Source: Carcharhinus amblyrhynchos (Eukaryota). Taken from it: a stretch of 64,000 bases of DNA. The notes under the pieces are model-generated. The model saw only the letters and a list, made by a program, of their open reading frames with translations, did no database searches and was not told where the DNA came from. The stretch covers positions 44,206,001-44,270,000 of the forward strand of contig OZ336882.1 in assembly GCA_965287045.1 (NCBI GenBank), in the 5' to 3' direction. Position 1 is the stretch's first letter; each line of letters begins with the position of its first letter. Positions 48,956-62,074 of this stretch are shown here, piece after piece. Made by a program: the position numbers and the translations under genes.

Positions 48956-50519
48956 AATGTTATTGGTCATTATGTGTGGTATGCTGAATGGTCAAGAGAG
49001 ACGTGTAAACCAATGGATCGGTGACCACATTCTCAAGCTGCAAATTACCCCTAGTAATTAACCTCACAAAACTAGTAAGCTTGGCAAATAAATCATTTCA
49101 GCTGCCAGATATATCTGTTAATTTATCAACTGCTGAAATGTTTGTGGCTATTCTGACACCACTGAAAAGAGCAACAAAATTCTAATGAAATCCTCATGAG
49201 GGCTTCTAAAACAAATTCTAGATGGTGATAATGTGAATAACAGCAGGGGGTGAATACTGGGAGAAAATACTGAGTAGTATTAAATGGAGATCAAGCAAGA
49301 CCCCCACATCGCTTCTTTTTGGGAAGGCCTGCTGCATTAACTGAGCAGTGTTAGGTCTTCCCCAGGATCAATGATCCCTGGAAAATAAATCCTGTCTGCT
49401 TAGAGCCGCCATCCAAACATAAGCCAGCAAAGCTTCTTGATCAGCAATGCCACGGGAGAGGTGGAGCTATACTCATCCAAAGCATTACACTACTGGCATA
49501 GGCACTGATGAATGGTGGGTTACAAGGTGGGTGTTAAAGGAGAGGAGTGCGGATAGGGTTCAGCAGGAAGGGAAGGGCAGCAAAGTAAGGGGTAGCTTTC
49601 AGCAGCCCCAATCCCCTTTGCATGAGGGGTTCCTTGAACTAAGGATATCCCCCCCCGCCCCCAACAACACCCAAAGACCCCACAAGCAACTCCGACTGGG
49701 TGTGCTTTCTAGTTTTCCCCAAAGCAGGTTCCCTACTTCCCACTGAGTGAACAGCAGTGGTAATGGGATGAGGCCCTTAAGTGTGCATTAATGGTCTACT
49801 TAAGAGTCTTAGTTGACTGCAGGAGTGTGGGACTTAGTCAAGGCAGTGGTGTAAAGGCAATGGGTTCCGCACGTCATCTTCTGAAATTATTAATAGCCTC
49901 CTCAACACCAATCTCAGTGTGTGGGGGTATTCAATTCTGTCCAGAGCGGCAATAATTATTAGTCAATGGCAGCAATGCTAAGTGAGCTCATAGCAAATTG
50001 ATCGCTGATTTTTCACTCTGCCTAATATTCTTTCCACAGAAGTTCACAGAACAGTAGTTCAAACTCTTCTTAGATGATTGATTCTCAATGTCACTTTTAC
50101 CTGGGCCAGAATTTTTTGGATCTCCCTTCCCACCATTCAGAGTCACAGAAAACACATCCCTACTAATACTATTTGCTCCACAGTCATCAACAGTTTAACA
50201 ACTGTTAGTTAGTTAGGGATGGGCCTGTCCTTCACCATGGTGGAAGTCCCACCTCAAGAGAACTGCCAGTCATCTGCAGTACCAGAAGCTGCAGTGGGCA
50301 GGGCTGGGCCTACCAGCGATCTCCATAGCCTAGATTATACCAGGAGTCCAGGACCAGGTATCTTTTGAAGGGTCTCAGCATGGGTGGCGAAGGGAGTCCC
50401 AGGAGGGTCAGCAGAGCAGGGTGAGCAAATGGAGGAGAGACTGAGGGGAGGGAGGATCTGAGACGTCCCTCTCCCTTCCTGCCCTGGCAATGTGCCATCC
50501 TGACATCAGGTCTACAGAC

Positions 50520-51110
50520 ACAAAAACATCTATCTGATTCCCTTTACAATAGAATATCCAAACACTATTACTCTCAGACTGTGTCCTCTTCCATCCCCCC
50601 TCTTCCCCTCCACCTGCCATGTGCAGCTGAGCATGGATCTGGCTCTGTCTGCATTCCCCTGAGAAACCTACTATCCAGACAGTATCCAAAACAAAAAAAA
50701 ATCTGTTCAAGGAGAAGGAGGACCCAGGGGACTCCTGCACTACTTGCTCAGTGTTATTACTCTGTCTAGCAGTTACCCATTCCTGTCCTGCCTGCGCACT
50801 CTTTACCTGCAATGTGACCACCTCATGTACACACTACCCACGAAGTTCTCATCCTTGTGGATGCTCCAGACTCCAGTCGCATCTCCAGTTCCGAAATGTT
50901 GATTCCAAGTAGCTGCAGCTGGAAACACTTCCTGAAGTGGAAGTGACCCTGATTTCCCACATTGCACAAGTGGAGTATTCCGCATGGCTGAGCTGCCCTT
51001 CATGGCTTTCGCTTAAGTTACTCCCTTTTCTTTTATTTCCTTTAGTGGAGTGTACTGTTAGAGAGGTTCAGAAAACCCTGGGATTTAAAAATTAATAAGA
51101 TTACTAAACA
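50520..51110 (-). mobile_element. CR1 LINE ORF1 remnant (frameshifted)
   Basis: Overlapping minus ORFs give VTLQVKSAQAGQEWVTARQSNNTEQVVQESP..SLNRF..VLDT, resembling the shark CR1 ORF1 WVTxR..RQ.VQESP..L.NR motif, with a Cys-rich N-terminal part upstream. Confidence 0.75.
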
Positions 51111-51589
51111 GCAGAAATTAATTTAGAAAAAGGACCACAATGTCCCTTATATTTATTTTATACAAAAGATATTACTTGCATAGATGCACACATAACTACT
51201 GTCATAGAAATTGAACATGTATTTTGGATTTAAACAAGTATTTTTGAATGTATTGTGCACCTTGGCAAAATGCAAACTGCCCTGGAGCATAATGGGAAGA
51301 GAGTTAAACTGGACAGGCCATATTCTATGGTAACAATAAGAAAAGAGTTATGTTATCAGAAGAAAGTCATGGAGTGCGAATTCTCCTATTTTAGAAAATG
51401 AATAGAAGTATTCACGAAGTAAATGAAGCATTCAATTTCTACCAATAATAAGGCAGAACGAGGGAGTGAGAAAGTCACCTTTCTAACTTAATGACTCACG
51501 GTGAGAAATCAACCTTTGAACCTTATGGAGTTACGTAAGTGATCTATCACAGCTTACAACTTCTATGCCGTTCGGCCATTCGCACATTT

Positions 51590-51830
51590 TATTCATTCTG
51601 TGAACAACAATTAGCAGTCTTTTCCCCTGGTTTCTATAGCTATGGCTCATCTTTCATTCCCTCACCTTACTGTATACTTTCTATGCCTTTTAGCTTTGAC
51701 AAAGGATCATCTTGATTCGAAACACCAGCTCTTTTCTCTCCTTACAGATACTGCCAGAGCTGCTGAGATTTTCCAATGTTCCCTCTTTTGGTTTCAGATT
51801 CCAGCATCCGCAGTAATTTGCTTTTATTTA
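51590..51830 (+). mobile_element. Penelope-related repeat 3' end with decayed hammerhead motif
   Basis: ttgacaaaggatcatcttgattcgaaac followed by ctcttttctctccttacagatactgccagagctgctgagattttcc...cagattccagcatccgcagtaatttgctttt. Confidence 0.65.
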
Positions 51831-52109
51831 AGTGATGCTTGCTTAGTGACAGGGTAAGAACTTCTGAGTTCGATAGACCAATGAATTCCTAATTCTGCTT
51901 GGAGATAGAATGCAATTGGCCAAGATAAATGTGTACTAATGAGATTGGAGCATCCAATTAGGGGAGGCTGGAGAAATGACTTTGACGACATAGAACTGTT
52001 TTGCCATTGCATTGTAAACTTCAGAAAGGAGTTGGCATGTCCGGCTTCCTTTCTCCTAGCGTGTGTTGGTCAATAAAAACACCTTTAACCAGCATATTGT
52101 CTTTTGCGA

Positions 52110-52610
52110 GTCTTTGTATTTACCTGTTCAGCATCTGAGAGAAAACTCCAGCTTCAGGTACATTAAGGACAGTATAAATACTCACCAAGTCCTACTTATC
52201 AAAGCTGCCGCACCTCTTTGAGGAACAGTTGAAAAGAAAAGGGTCACCTAACTCCCTCCCTCACCAAACTCACTCTGTCATCAAACTCCACTGTCACACT
52301 TCACTGCAGTCCAAGCAGCAATCCAGTGCTGACAAGGCAGCACTTTAAGAATACCTATTTTTATACTCAAGGGAAAATAGCCACTGGAAACCTATCTAAT
52401 CAGCTAATTGCAGCTACAAGAGGAGTTTGTATCGACTTGTTTTAAAGCTAAAACTAAAACACATCTTCTTCCAACCCAAAGAGTAACTTTTAGTTAATTG
52501 CTAAATTAAAGAAAGCAGAGTATTCAGATAGAAATTAACCCTTAAATTCCCTTGGTCACCAAACTCCAACTGTCACACTCCACTGCAGTCCGAGCAGTAC
52601 TCCAGGCATA
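52110..52610 (-). mobile_element. Probable CR1 5' UTR remnant with internal direct repeat
   Basis: caaactcc(a)actgtcacact.cactgcagtcc.agcag is repeated at ~52282-52320 and ~52560-52597; it lies upstream (minus sense) of the ORF1 remnant. Confidence 0.45.
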
Positions 52611-52615
52611 TGTAT

Positions 52616-53291
52616 CATAAGAACATAAGAACATAAGAACATAAGAAATAGGAGCAGGAGTAGGCCATCTGGCCCTTCGAGCCTGCCCCGCCATTCAATA
52701 AGATCATGGCTGATCTGTCGTGGCTCAGTTCCACTTTCCCGCCCTCTCCCCATAACCCTTAATCCCCTCTCTTATCAAAAACCCATCAACCCGCTTCTTA
52801 AAAATATTTAGCGAGGCAGCCTCCACCACTTCAACGGGCAGAGAATTCCAGAGATTCACCACCCTTTGAGTGAAGAAGTTCCTCCTCAACTCCGTTCTGA
52901 ACCGCCCCCCCTTTATCTTGAGGCTGTGCCCCCTAGTCCTACTGTCTTTTTTGAGCGGGAAGAGTCTTTCCACCTCTATCCTATCCATCCCATTCATCAT
53001 CTTATACGTCTCAATGAGATCTCCCCTCATTCTTCTAAACTCTAACGAGTACAAGCCTAGTTTATTCAGCCTCTCCTCATAGCTCAACCCCCTCAACTCC
53101 GGTATCAGCCTAGTAAACCTCCTCTGCACTCCCTCCAAGGCCAAAATATCCTTGCGCAGGTGCGGCGCCCAAAACTGCACACAGTACTCCAGCTGCGGCC
53201 TCACCAGTGCCCTATACAGCTGCAGCAAGACCTCCCTACTTTTATATTCAATCCCCCTCGCTATGAAGGCCAGCATCCCATTCGCCTTCTT
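52616..53291 (-). mobile_element. CR1 LINE 3' end, young, with an uninterrupted ORF2 C-terminus
   Basis: ORF 52725-53276 (LYRALVRPQLEYCVQFWAP...GVQRRFTRLIP...RGDLIETYK...WNSLP...GKWN*); 8-bp tail repeat (ttcttatg)4. Confidence 0.97.
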
Positions 53292-54399
53292 ATCAGCTGT
53301 AGAAAATTGAGTGCAAAAATGTTCTGCTGGAAAACAGAGCTAGCCTATATCTATGCTATCAGCACATATACCTCAATAGCAGAAAGTTCACTCTCTGCAC
53401 CGATCACCAAGCTGACTACATTTTTAGCTACACCAAGATCTCGTATTCCTTCCTATGCATCTACAGCTGGCTAGATTATCTTTAACCGGACAACTCCGAG
53501 GTTGAATATCTCACAGGTTTTCACACCAGAGTTGTCACACAGAATTAAAACTTCAAATCTCAGCATTGTCATCAGAGACCTTTGTATCACAAAGTCTATC
53601 TCAGAGAAAACTGACAAGCTGAATTCTTAAGAAATGACTTGATGTATATTTGTTTATTGTTTAAGATGATTTAATTTAAAATATGATTTTGGTTTACAAG
53701 TTGGGAGTGGGGCTGGGGGGTGTGTGGAACGTAGGGTAGAATTCTCCCCTCCCACCTGCAGCAGGTTTGGCGGCAGGCAGGAGCAGAGAATCTAACAGGA
53801 GTCAAAGAGTCAGGAACCCAATGACCTAAAGTCGCAAAGCCTCACGATGGTAAGCAGAGGGGCACGGGGATGGACAAAGGAGACAATCAATGGAAGACAG
53901 AGGAAAGACTGAGGGGAGAAAAGTTGGACCCTGAAATTTCTCAATCTTTATGCTGATTTGGCTGGCCTGTACAAAGTAGCCAAAGGTTTGTGTTTGTTTC
54001 CATTTGAGCAGATAGTGACGCAATGCACAATAAGGCCACGCTAGCTGTCTATTGAACCCACAATAGAAAAGATGCATTAAGATGTTAAATCCCCTGACAA
54101 CAGACATACAAGTACATCCAAAACAGACAGCTTTTTCTTTCATGAAACATCTACAAAGTTGATTGTAAAAAAAATGACAAACATATAACACAGAATTAGT
54201 GAAATGTACAAAAACAAAATACATTACATAATTCAGTGTCATTGGAACTAATTGAAAACAGTTTTATCATAATTTAGTATAGATGTTACGACTGAAAAGT
54301 CACTGCAAGCTTTTAAAAAGTTAACAGATTCATCTCATTTTACACCCAGTACACATACTCTCACACACCGCTAATGTTAATTCATTCACTCACTCACAT

Positions 54400-55050
54400 T
54401 GGAAAATATGAACAGCAGCCTGTCATTCAACTCCTCAAGCCTACGTTCAAAGAAATCATGGCTGACTTGTACCTTATCACAATCCACTGCCTTGATCCAT
54501 ATTATGCTATATCTTTGGCTAGCATAAATCTATCAACCTTAGATAATTAATGTATGTATCAACAATTGCTTTTTGTGAAAAAGGGCTCTGCACTTCCACC
54601 ATTTTTAGCTGAAGAAGTGCTTCCCAACTTCTCCTAAACGGCCTTGCTCTGATTTTACGGTTATGTTTGATAGTCCCAGACTCCCCCAACATTGGAAATA
54701 TTTCATCTTTAAAATGGCCTAGCAAGCCACTCAGTTCAGGGGCAACTAGGGATGGGCAATCAATGCTAGCATTTCAAAATCCTAAAAACTATAATTAACT
54801 GACCCCTTACTTTTTATATTCCAAGTTATTGAAGCTTAGTTGATATAATCCCATCTCATAATTTAATTCTGGGAATATTCTGGTAAACCTGCACTGATCT
54901 CCCTTCCTGTGTCAATATATCTTTCTCAAAATGCAGTGCCGGAACTGCTCACAGTTTTCTAGATGTGTTCAAACCAGCGCTTAGTGTAGTTGTAGTAAAA
55001 TTTCCTTTCCTTCATACGCTAGCACTTTACTTATACATTATTTTAGGCTT
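54400..55050 (-). mobile_element. Degenerate CR1 3' fragment with an inserted SINE/LINE tail (54707-54772, +)
   Basis: ORF 54519-54725 IFPMLGESGTIKHNRKIRARPFRR resembles CR1; the insert reads aatggcctagcaagccactcagttcaggggcaactagggatgggcaat. Confidence 0.7.
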
Positions 55051-55378
55051 TTTTTGTCCATGACTACTGCATATTAGTGAACAATAGATCTCTAAATCCA
55101 AGAGATTTAGAGCTTGGAACTTTAAATCTCTTTAAACCTTCATTGTTTCTTGATTTTTATTGTTTAAATAATCAGATCTTTTTTTTTCGTACATGGGAGG
55201 AGAAGGGAAAGGGTCAGGAGGCAGTGAGTAAGGAACAGAGAGAAGGAAGGATGCATGACTGCAAGTACAATTTGAACTTTGATTTTCAATTTATCAAAAG
55301 GTTGTGTTGGTTTTACAGAAATTACAGGCTAATGGCCCATGGTCTAATTTCAAAATAATTTTAAAAATCTGATAGTCA

Positions 55379-55680
55379 CACACCGTGGCACAGTGTTTAG
55401 CACTGCAGACGCAGCACCAGGGACCCAGGTTCAATTCCCGGCTTGGGTCACTGCCTGTGCAGAGTCTGCGGGTTCTTCCTGTGTCTGTGTGAGTTTCCTC
55501 CAGGTGCTTTTGTTTCCTCCCACAGTCAGAAAGAGGTGCTGGTTAGGTGCATTGGCCAGGCTAAATTCTCCCTCAGTGCACCAGAACAGGCACCAGAGTG
55601 TGGTGACTAGGAGATTTTCACAGTAACTTCATTGCAGTGTTAATTCAAGTCTACTTGTGACACTAATAAATAAACTTTAA
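55379..55680 (+). mobile_element. V-SINE 'B' subfamily, near full length
   Basis: gtggcacagtgtttagcactgc...ggttcaattcccggcttggg...ttttcacagtaacttcattgcagtgttaa...ctacttgtgacactaataaataaac. Confidence 0.93.
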
Positions 55681-56599
55681 ATGCTAAAACTTTAAAAAAA
55701 ACCTGATAAGCTTAAATTGTCCAACATTAGTGAATTATAAGGGTATTGTTACTTCATTGGAGGTTTATTTGTGCATACCCAGATCCTGAAAAATGTTAGG
55801 GACAGTTTGTGGTAGAACATCTGTTTCAGAGCTAGACTCTGAACTGCTGGGAAAATATTAGGTACTTCAAGGGATTTAAAAAAAATCTTAATTTTTATAA
55901 AGCGATGATGTAATTGTTCCTCAGCTTTTCCCACTAGTGGGAAAAATAAGATTTCATTCTCAATTTAGCACTTTCAGCCCATGTTGAACGTTACTACTTT
56001 GGGTGGTAGGGATGATTAAAATTGGACCTGTCTCCTCTGGGCATTGACGAAGGAGGAAAAAAAAAATCAGCCAATGCTGCCAAGTCTGCTCATTATCCAG
56101 CAGTTCCCACAATATGATTCTCCATAGTCGAACAGCCTGTTGAGGATTGTTGTTTAGGTTTGCAGATGAGGAATGGTCAGTTTGACAAGGTGATGGTCAA
56201 ATCAGTTTAATTGCCATCCACAACCTCCAAAAGAGGACCGAAAAGTTGAAATATTTTCTTTTCAGTTCATACACAGTCCAATTTTGAGCAGTGTGCCTTT
56301 CTTGTCTTGCTCTCTAGCAACATATGTCCATTTTGTGTCAAGTGAATTGTTTGTAGCACAGGCGATTAATGGCAAAAATATTTAAGTCAGTAGTTATTTT
56401 GCCATGTCCTCCTGTATATAAAATGTGATAATCTTTTACTTAGGTTGCTTTACAGATGAAATTCTTCCTGCACTGTCAGTAAAAGGGATGTTTCTTTTAG
56501 TGCCACATTAGTAAAAGCATATAAATGGGAACACTGCCACCTGCAAGTTCGCCTCCAAGCCACTCACCAACCTGACATTAAAATATAGTTTTAAAAATT

Positions 56600-56880
56600 A
56601 AAATTATTTATTTATATCACAAGTAGACGTACATTAACACTGCAATGGAGTTACTGTGAAAATTCCCTAGTCATCACACACCAGTGCCTGTTCAGGTACA
56701 CCGAGGGAGAATTAAGCATGGCCAATGCACCTAACCAGCACTCTTTCAGGCTGTGGGAGGAAACTGGAGCACCCAAAGGAAACCAATGCAGACACGAGGG
56801 GAAAGTGCAGACTCCACACAAGCCAGGAATCGAACCCGGGTCCCTGGCACTGTGAGGCAGCAATACCAACCACTGTGACA
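56600..56880 (-). mobile_element. V-SINE 'B' subfamily (nested)
   Basis: tcacaagtagacgtacattaacactgcaatggagttactgtgaaa...ggaatcgaacccgggtccctggcactgtgaggcagc. Confidence 0.92.
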
Positions 56881-56953
56881 TTCCTTCATAGTTGCTGGGT
56901 CAAGATCCTGGGATTCCCTCCCTAATGGCATTGTGGGTCAACCCATAGTACAT

Positions 56954-57286
56954 GGGTGGCACGGTAGCACAGTGGTTAGCACTGCTGCTTCACAGCTCCA
57001 GGGTCTTGGGTTCAATTCCCCGCTTGGGTCACAGTCTGTGTGGAGTTTGCGCGTTCTCCTCGTGTCTGTGTGGGTTTCCTCCAGGTGCTCCAGTTTCCTC
57101 TCACAGTCCAAAGGCGTGAGTTAGGTTGATTGGCCATGCTAAGAAATTGCCCCTTAGTGTCCAGGGATGTGTAGGTTAGAGGGATTAGTGGATACAATAT
57201 ATGGAGATAGGGCCTGGGTGGGACTGTGTTCAGTTAGACTTGACGGGCCGAAGGGCCTCTTTCTGCACTGTAGGATTCTATGATTC
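56954..57286 (+). mobile_element. HE1 V-SINE, full length (nested)
   Basis: gggtggcacggtagcacagtggttagcactgctg (A box), gggttcaattcc (B box), V-domain, and CR1 tail gggccgaagggcctctttctgcactgtaggattctatgattc. Confidence 0.95.
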
Positions 57287-58644
57287 AGTGTTTCAAGAGA
57301 GTAGCTCATCACTACTCTCTCAAGGGCAACTAGGGATGGGCAATAAATGCTGCCAGCAACACCCATGTCCCATGAATGAATGAAAAAAACTATTGGTATG
57401 ATATGGAGAGATCTTGTGGGAGGACAAACGTTTTGCTTGAACAAATCAGTGCCTGAAGTGAGGACTCATACTTTTAAAGACATCTAGGCAGAGCCAGGGA
57501 AATAGGTGGAAATAGACTCTCAACCTTATATTTGGTAGTCAATGCTTTATTTCTGATAACTATTTCCAGTCAAACCATTTTAATAAGGAGTACAATTCAA
57601 AAAGCAGGCTTCAAGGGAGAACTCTTCAATCAGAGTCCACAAACCCCTGCAGTCACGGTTGCTCTGCATCTCCTTGCTATGTGTTGTCAGAAGTCCACAT
57701 CCACACAGCAGATGCATGTCTCTCTCTGCAGCCATGTTGCTCAATAAACAGAACACCACTACCATTCCAACAAATCTCTCCAAGTCATCTTTCCAGCTTC
57801 CCAGCAACAGGTGCTAACCTTTCATTAAAATTGAGATAAAGAATGGACTTTTGTAGAAAAGAACATTACAAAAAAAAGGAGCTTTCTGCACAAGGGAGCG
57901 TATGTTAAAAATGTATTTGGAGCTGCGCTGTCCTTATATTTTTTAAGAGGATATAGCACCCTCTTCTGGGGAGAACAATTATATCAAAACTGAATTTATT
58001 CTGAAGTGTTTGTTTTTTTCCCACTGAAGCTTTTGCTTTAACTTGGAGTAAAACACAATGGGTGTCACATGCCCCCAGGTCTTTCAAACAAGCAGCCATT
58101 GTTTTCTTGTGGAAGGTTAAAAAGCAGCAGCAAACTATTCTTTCCATGGGGAGCATCACAGCAAAACCTGATTTAGCTTTCATCTGCTGTCAAAATTCAA
58201 GTTTTACAGTCAACATCTGAATAAGCCATAGCTCATTTTCCCTGAGCATCACCACAGCTGAGATCAGCCAACTCATCACTGATGAGAAAAGTGCAGTTTA
58301 ACAACTGAGTCAGTGTTTCAGTAAAGGAACAACTTCCAGCCAGTGACTTGTCCCTTGTCTTTTGATTCCATTTTAGCCCAAGGCAACAGCACAGAGAATT
58401 AGAGAGAAGTCATCAATGTGTACTCAGACAAGGTTTGAATAAATCAGAATAATTGTTGAAAGTTGAAAATTCATGATGTACAATACATGAGAACTCCAGT
58501 GAGAGGCAAGATCACTTTTCCTCACATAGTCTCAACTGTGTTGTTAGGAAAGAAAAGCAGAGGTTTTTTCAAAAGGACACATTCAATGACAACTGATGTT
58601 TCTTTCAATTTGTATATAGCATTTGATTAACAAGCGCATGCTTA

Positions 58645-59133
58645 CTTTTACAGATCCACCATAGAAAGCATTCTTTCTGGTTGTATCACAGCTTGGTATG
58701 GCTCCTGCTCTGCCCAAGACCACAAGGAACTACAAAAGGTCATGAATGTAGCCCAATCCATCATGCAAACCACCCTCCCATCCATTGACTCGGTCTACCC
58801 TTCCTGCTGCCTTGGAAAAGCAGCCAGCATAATTAAGGACTCCACACACTCCAGAAATTCTCTCTTCCATCTCCTTCCATCGGGAAAAAGATATAAAAGT
58901 CAGAGGTCATGTATCAACTGACTCAAGAACAGCTTCTTCCCGGCTGCTGTCAGACTTTTGAATGGGCTACCTTGCATTAAATTGATCTTTCCCTACATCC
59001 TAGCTTTGACTGTAACACTACATTCTGCACTCTCTCATTTCCTTCTCTATGAGCAGAATGCTTTATCTGTATAGCATGCAAGAAACAATACTTTTCACTG
59101 TATGTTAATACATGTGACAATAATAAATCAAAT
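58645..59133 (+). mobile_element. Rex1/Babar-type LINE 3' end
   Basis: Translates as FYRSTIESILSGCITAWYGSCSAQDHKELQKV...LFHLLPSGKRY...LKNSFFP; tail catgtgacaataataaatcaaa. Confidence 0.92.
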
Positions 59134-59439
59134 TAACAATTTATACAGTGTTGCTCCATCGGAAGCAGGATGATAAGGTACAACTCTAGTGTGTTCTATC
59201 CCTGTTCATTCATAGGATATTTGAAAACTCTTCTGAGCAAAACTGAGCGTTGTTGCCAGACACAATCCCCTCTGGGAACCTATTAGGAGCAAACCACGCA
59301 AAATGTCTATAGTTTTGCTCGATTTTGTTTGATTTCTGGGAAACACCTCAAACCATTTTGAAAGGCTATCTATAAAATTTTCCATGACAAGTTAGAAGCT
59401 ACTTTCCACTTTCTCTCACAAGATAGAGCTTGAGAATGT

Positions 59440-59850
59440 CCAGTTACCTGCAGCTAACTCAGAGCAACCAACAGCACAACCCTTCTCCCACAAAGAAATG
59501 CTGTTGGGTTTGTCACATTCATTCTCCCTATCCCTACTCTATGCAGAAAAATTTAAACTTTTCTCGCCCATGTATAATTCATTTAAACACTTTTTCAATG
59601 CATGAGGGTTTCTGAAAATTGTCCCCCATGCCTGGCAATTTCCACTGTCCAGTCGTAGCACCCACATCAACCTCAGACCTCCAGAACCCTATTAACTGTT
59701 TCTCCTCAACAATATAAAATTATTTTTGTTCCTGTTTAGCCTCAAACAAATTTCCATATTTTTGAACAATAAATTTAATGTTATGCTCTTCATTTATTTG
59801 CTTTTCTTTAATCTATTCTTTATCACTCATCTATAAGCATTTTCAAGATT
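59440..59850 (-). mobile_element. Very old CR1-like 3' fragment
   Basis: Weak resemblance to reverse-complement CR1 3' ends (ttccactgtcc...aaattatttttg...aatttaatgttatgctct). Confidence 0.35.
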
Positions 59851-62074
59851 GCAAGGCAGCAATCATAGAAGTAACAATACGGCAACATCAAAATGGATAC
59901 AAGCCAGCAAAATACTAAACTACAAACGAGTGACAGACTGTATTCTTTGACTTACTGGGGGCAATGTAGCAGGAGGTTGATTAATAATGAACTGTATTGT
60001 ATAAATAGATATTCACTGACAGACTGTAATGATAAAGTCAAGGATCTAATTCACTCAATATTATCAGCTATGAATTCTCATGTAAATATACAGTAATATT
60101 ATTGATTCCATGCTGTAATTTTTGATCTGGCAATATAGTGATTAGCCCAGTCAACTGAATCTACTTCTCACTCAAAAAACTGGAGTTCTAGAACATTGGA
60201 CAGCACAAACAACCCTTATAATAATCCCAAACAAATATTTAAAAAAATGGAATTAGGAATTGCTCTGCATACACTGACATTTATACGTGGATACAGAGTA
60301 GGCCCTTTTCTTTTAAGCAATAATAATATGTAAGATACTTTTCCATTACAAGTATTTTCTATTAAAGTAATCTTTAATCTCCAACAAAAAAATTTTTAGT
60401 GTCCACAATGATATATTCTTACTTTAAATAAAATGAATGTTGGGCACCCTTTACAAATCATACATTTCATGTTTTGTTGATCAAATTCTTCCTGTGCAAG
60501 GTGAAAAATTGTCAGGAAGTGAAGATTTGCGGTTTGAACACAATTTTTAAAAAATCTTAAAGAATGTAGGAAGAAAGCAAGTAGCTCACATCACATCAGT
60601 GTAGGAAGGTTGGGGCCATTAGTCTAACCCTAGCAAATATAGTGAATAGACAGTTCAATGACAGCAATCCTCATGTCATTTCAGCTGTTCTCTACCTTGG
60701 CAGCAACCTATTCAAATTTCATTCAATCATTCCAGAGATGCAGAGTTGAGTTTAGACAGTCACTTTTTAAAGGGAACAGAATGAATTCTCTATTGAACAA
60801 GAATAAAAAAAGATAAATTTTCTGTTTTCTTTCCTGAATTTTTTCTTCCTCTCCTATGTGATATAGCATGCAGAGTGCTCCAATATTTCATTCGTGATCA
60901 TTTACTCATATTGGATTAAACAGGGAACATCACTGAACCATTTGTCTATAACATTTGAGCTCAACTAACATCCAGACACTTGAGTCGAGATCACTGGTAC
61001 GATATCAGAATTAGTTTGGTTTTCTTTAGATTAATTTCTGTTTCTTTTAGGCCTGGGGCTATCAAAGCTAATTGAAATGTCATAATTTCAGCAGATTGTG
61101 GCAGAGCTGTATATCAAACTCACAGTGGAGGAACTTTGCCCAAGACTAGTGAGTCAATAGCTTTGATATTTTACCGCTAGAACTCATCATGGACAGGAAA
61201 TTGGCACTCTGTACAAACATCTCTGGCTCTGCTGGAGGGAGGGAGGGGGCAATATCCCACGATACTCATGATGCAAAGAACCTGTACAAGATCAAAGGCA
61301 ACCTCAGCAATTGCAAAAACAATCGGAGCACCTCTGAGCACTGTGGGAAAAGCATTTGCCAATGAAGCCCTCGTCAGATGTAGATTCTGGCTGAAGGCGC
61401 CTCTTTCCATAGCAACTTGATAAGTAAGGCAGCTATGACGGGGGAATATAGGGATCCTTTGAGAGCCACAGTAGGCTCAAACAGGGTTGTGTTCTGGCAC
61501 TGACACACTTTAGCGTATTCTTCTCTTAGCTGCTTTCATATTCTTGAGGTCATCAACACAAGCTGTCTACTTGCATGAATTCTCATGTAAAATATATATT
61601 CATTTTATAGATTTCATACTGCAGCATACTGATTTACCTAGTCATTTTAACACATTTTTCATTCACTGAGACTTGAAGTTTTTGAACATTAAAAATGACA
61701 AAAAGCTGGTCAGCCTTGTTTGCTTAAGATCCAAGACAAAGGTGGGTCAACTCCTCAAAGTTGCTCTAAACTAAAGATGCTGCACTAACATTCCATACAG
61801 TGCAACTACTGCAGAAGCAAAGGGCAGACTGTCGTATGCCTGTAACCATCAGGAACATAAATGTCATGGTCCAGGATGTTGCAATACCACCACCTATCAG
61901 TATTGACAACACGTTGTGCTTGAGATTGTTAATAGCTTCATATATCCTGGCTCTGCAATCACCTGAAATAGATCACTTGATACAGAAATCAACACACATT
62001 TACAAGAAATAATGGGCTATCTTATTGCTTTCTTTTTCATTCAACTGGTAACATTACATTCCTTGTTCACAGGT

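Larger units (their letters stand above)
56525..57390 (+). mobile_element. L2/Crack-like LINE 3' end hosting two SINE insertions
   Basis: Host pieces 56525-56588, 56881-56953 and 57287-57390 join colinearly with the copy at 443-1000. Confidence 0.8.

Noticed and set aside
51696-51725. Second functional hammerhead
   Set aside because: The core box reads TTGACAA rather than CTGANGA and stem II is disrupted; likewise at 30110 and 46911-46940.
52616-52648. (CATAAGAA)n tandem repeat as an array or CRISPR-like feature
   Set aside because: It is the standard CR1 3' terminal microsatellite, with no spacers.
56954-57030. A and B boxes as a tRNA gene
   Set aside because: They are the tRNA-derived head of an HE1 SINE and continue directly into the V-domain.
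61189-61365. 58-codon plus-strand ORF MDRKLALCTNISG... after a possible acceptor
   Set aside because: No recognisable homology or compatible donor; insufficient support.
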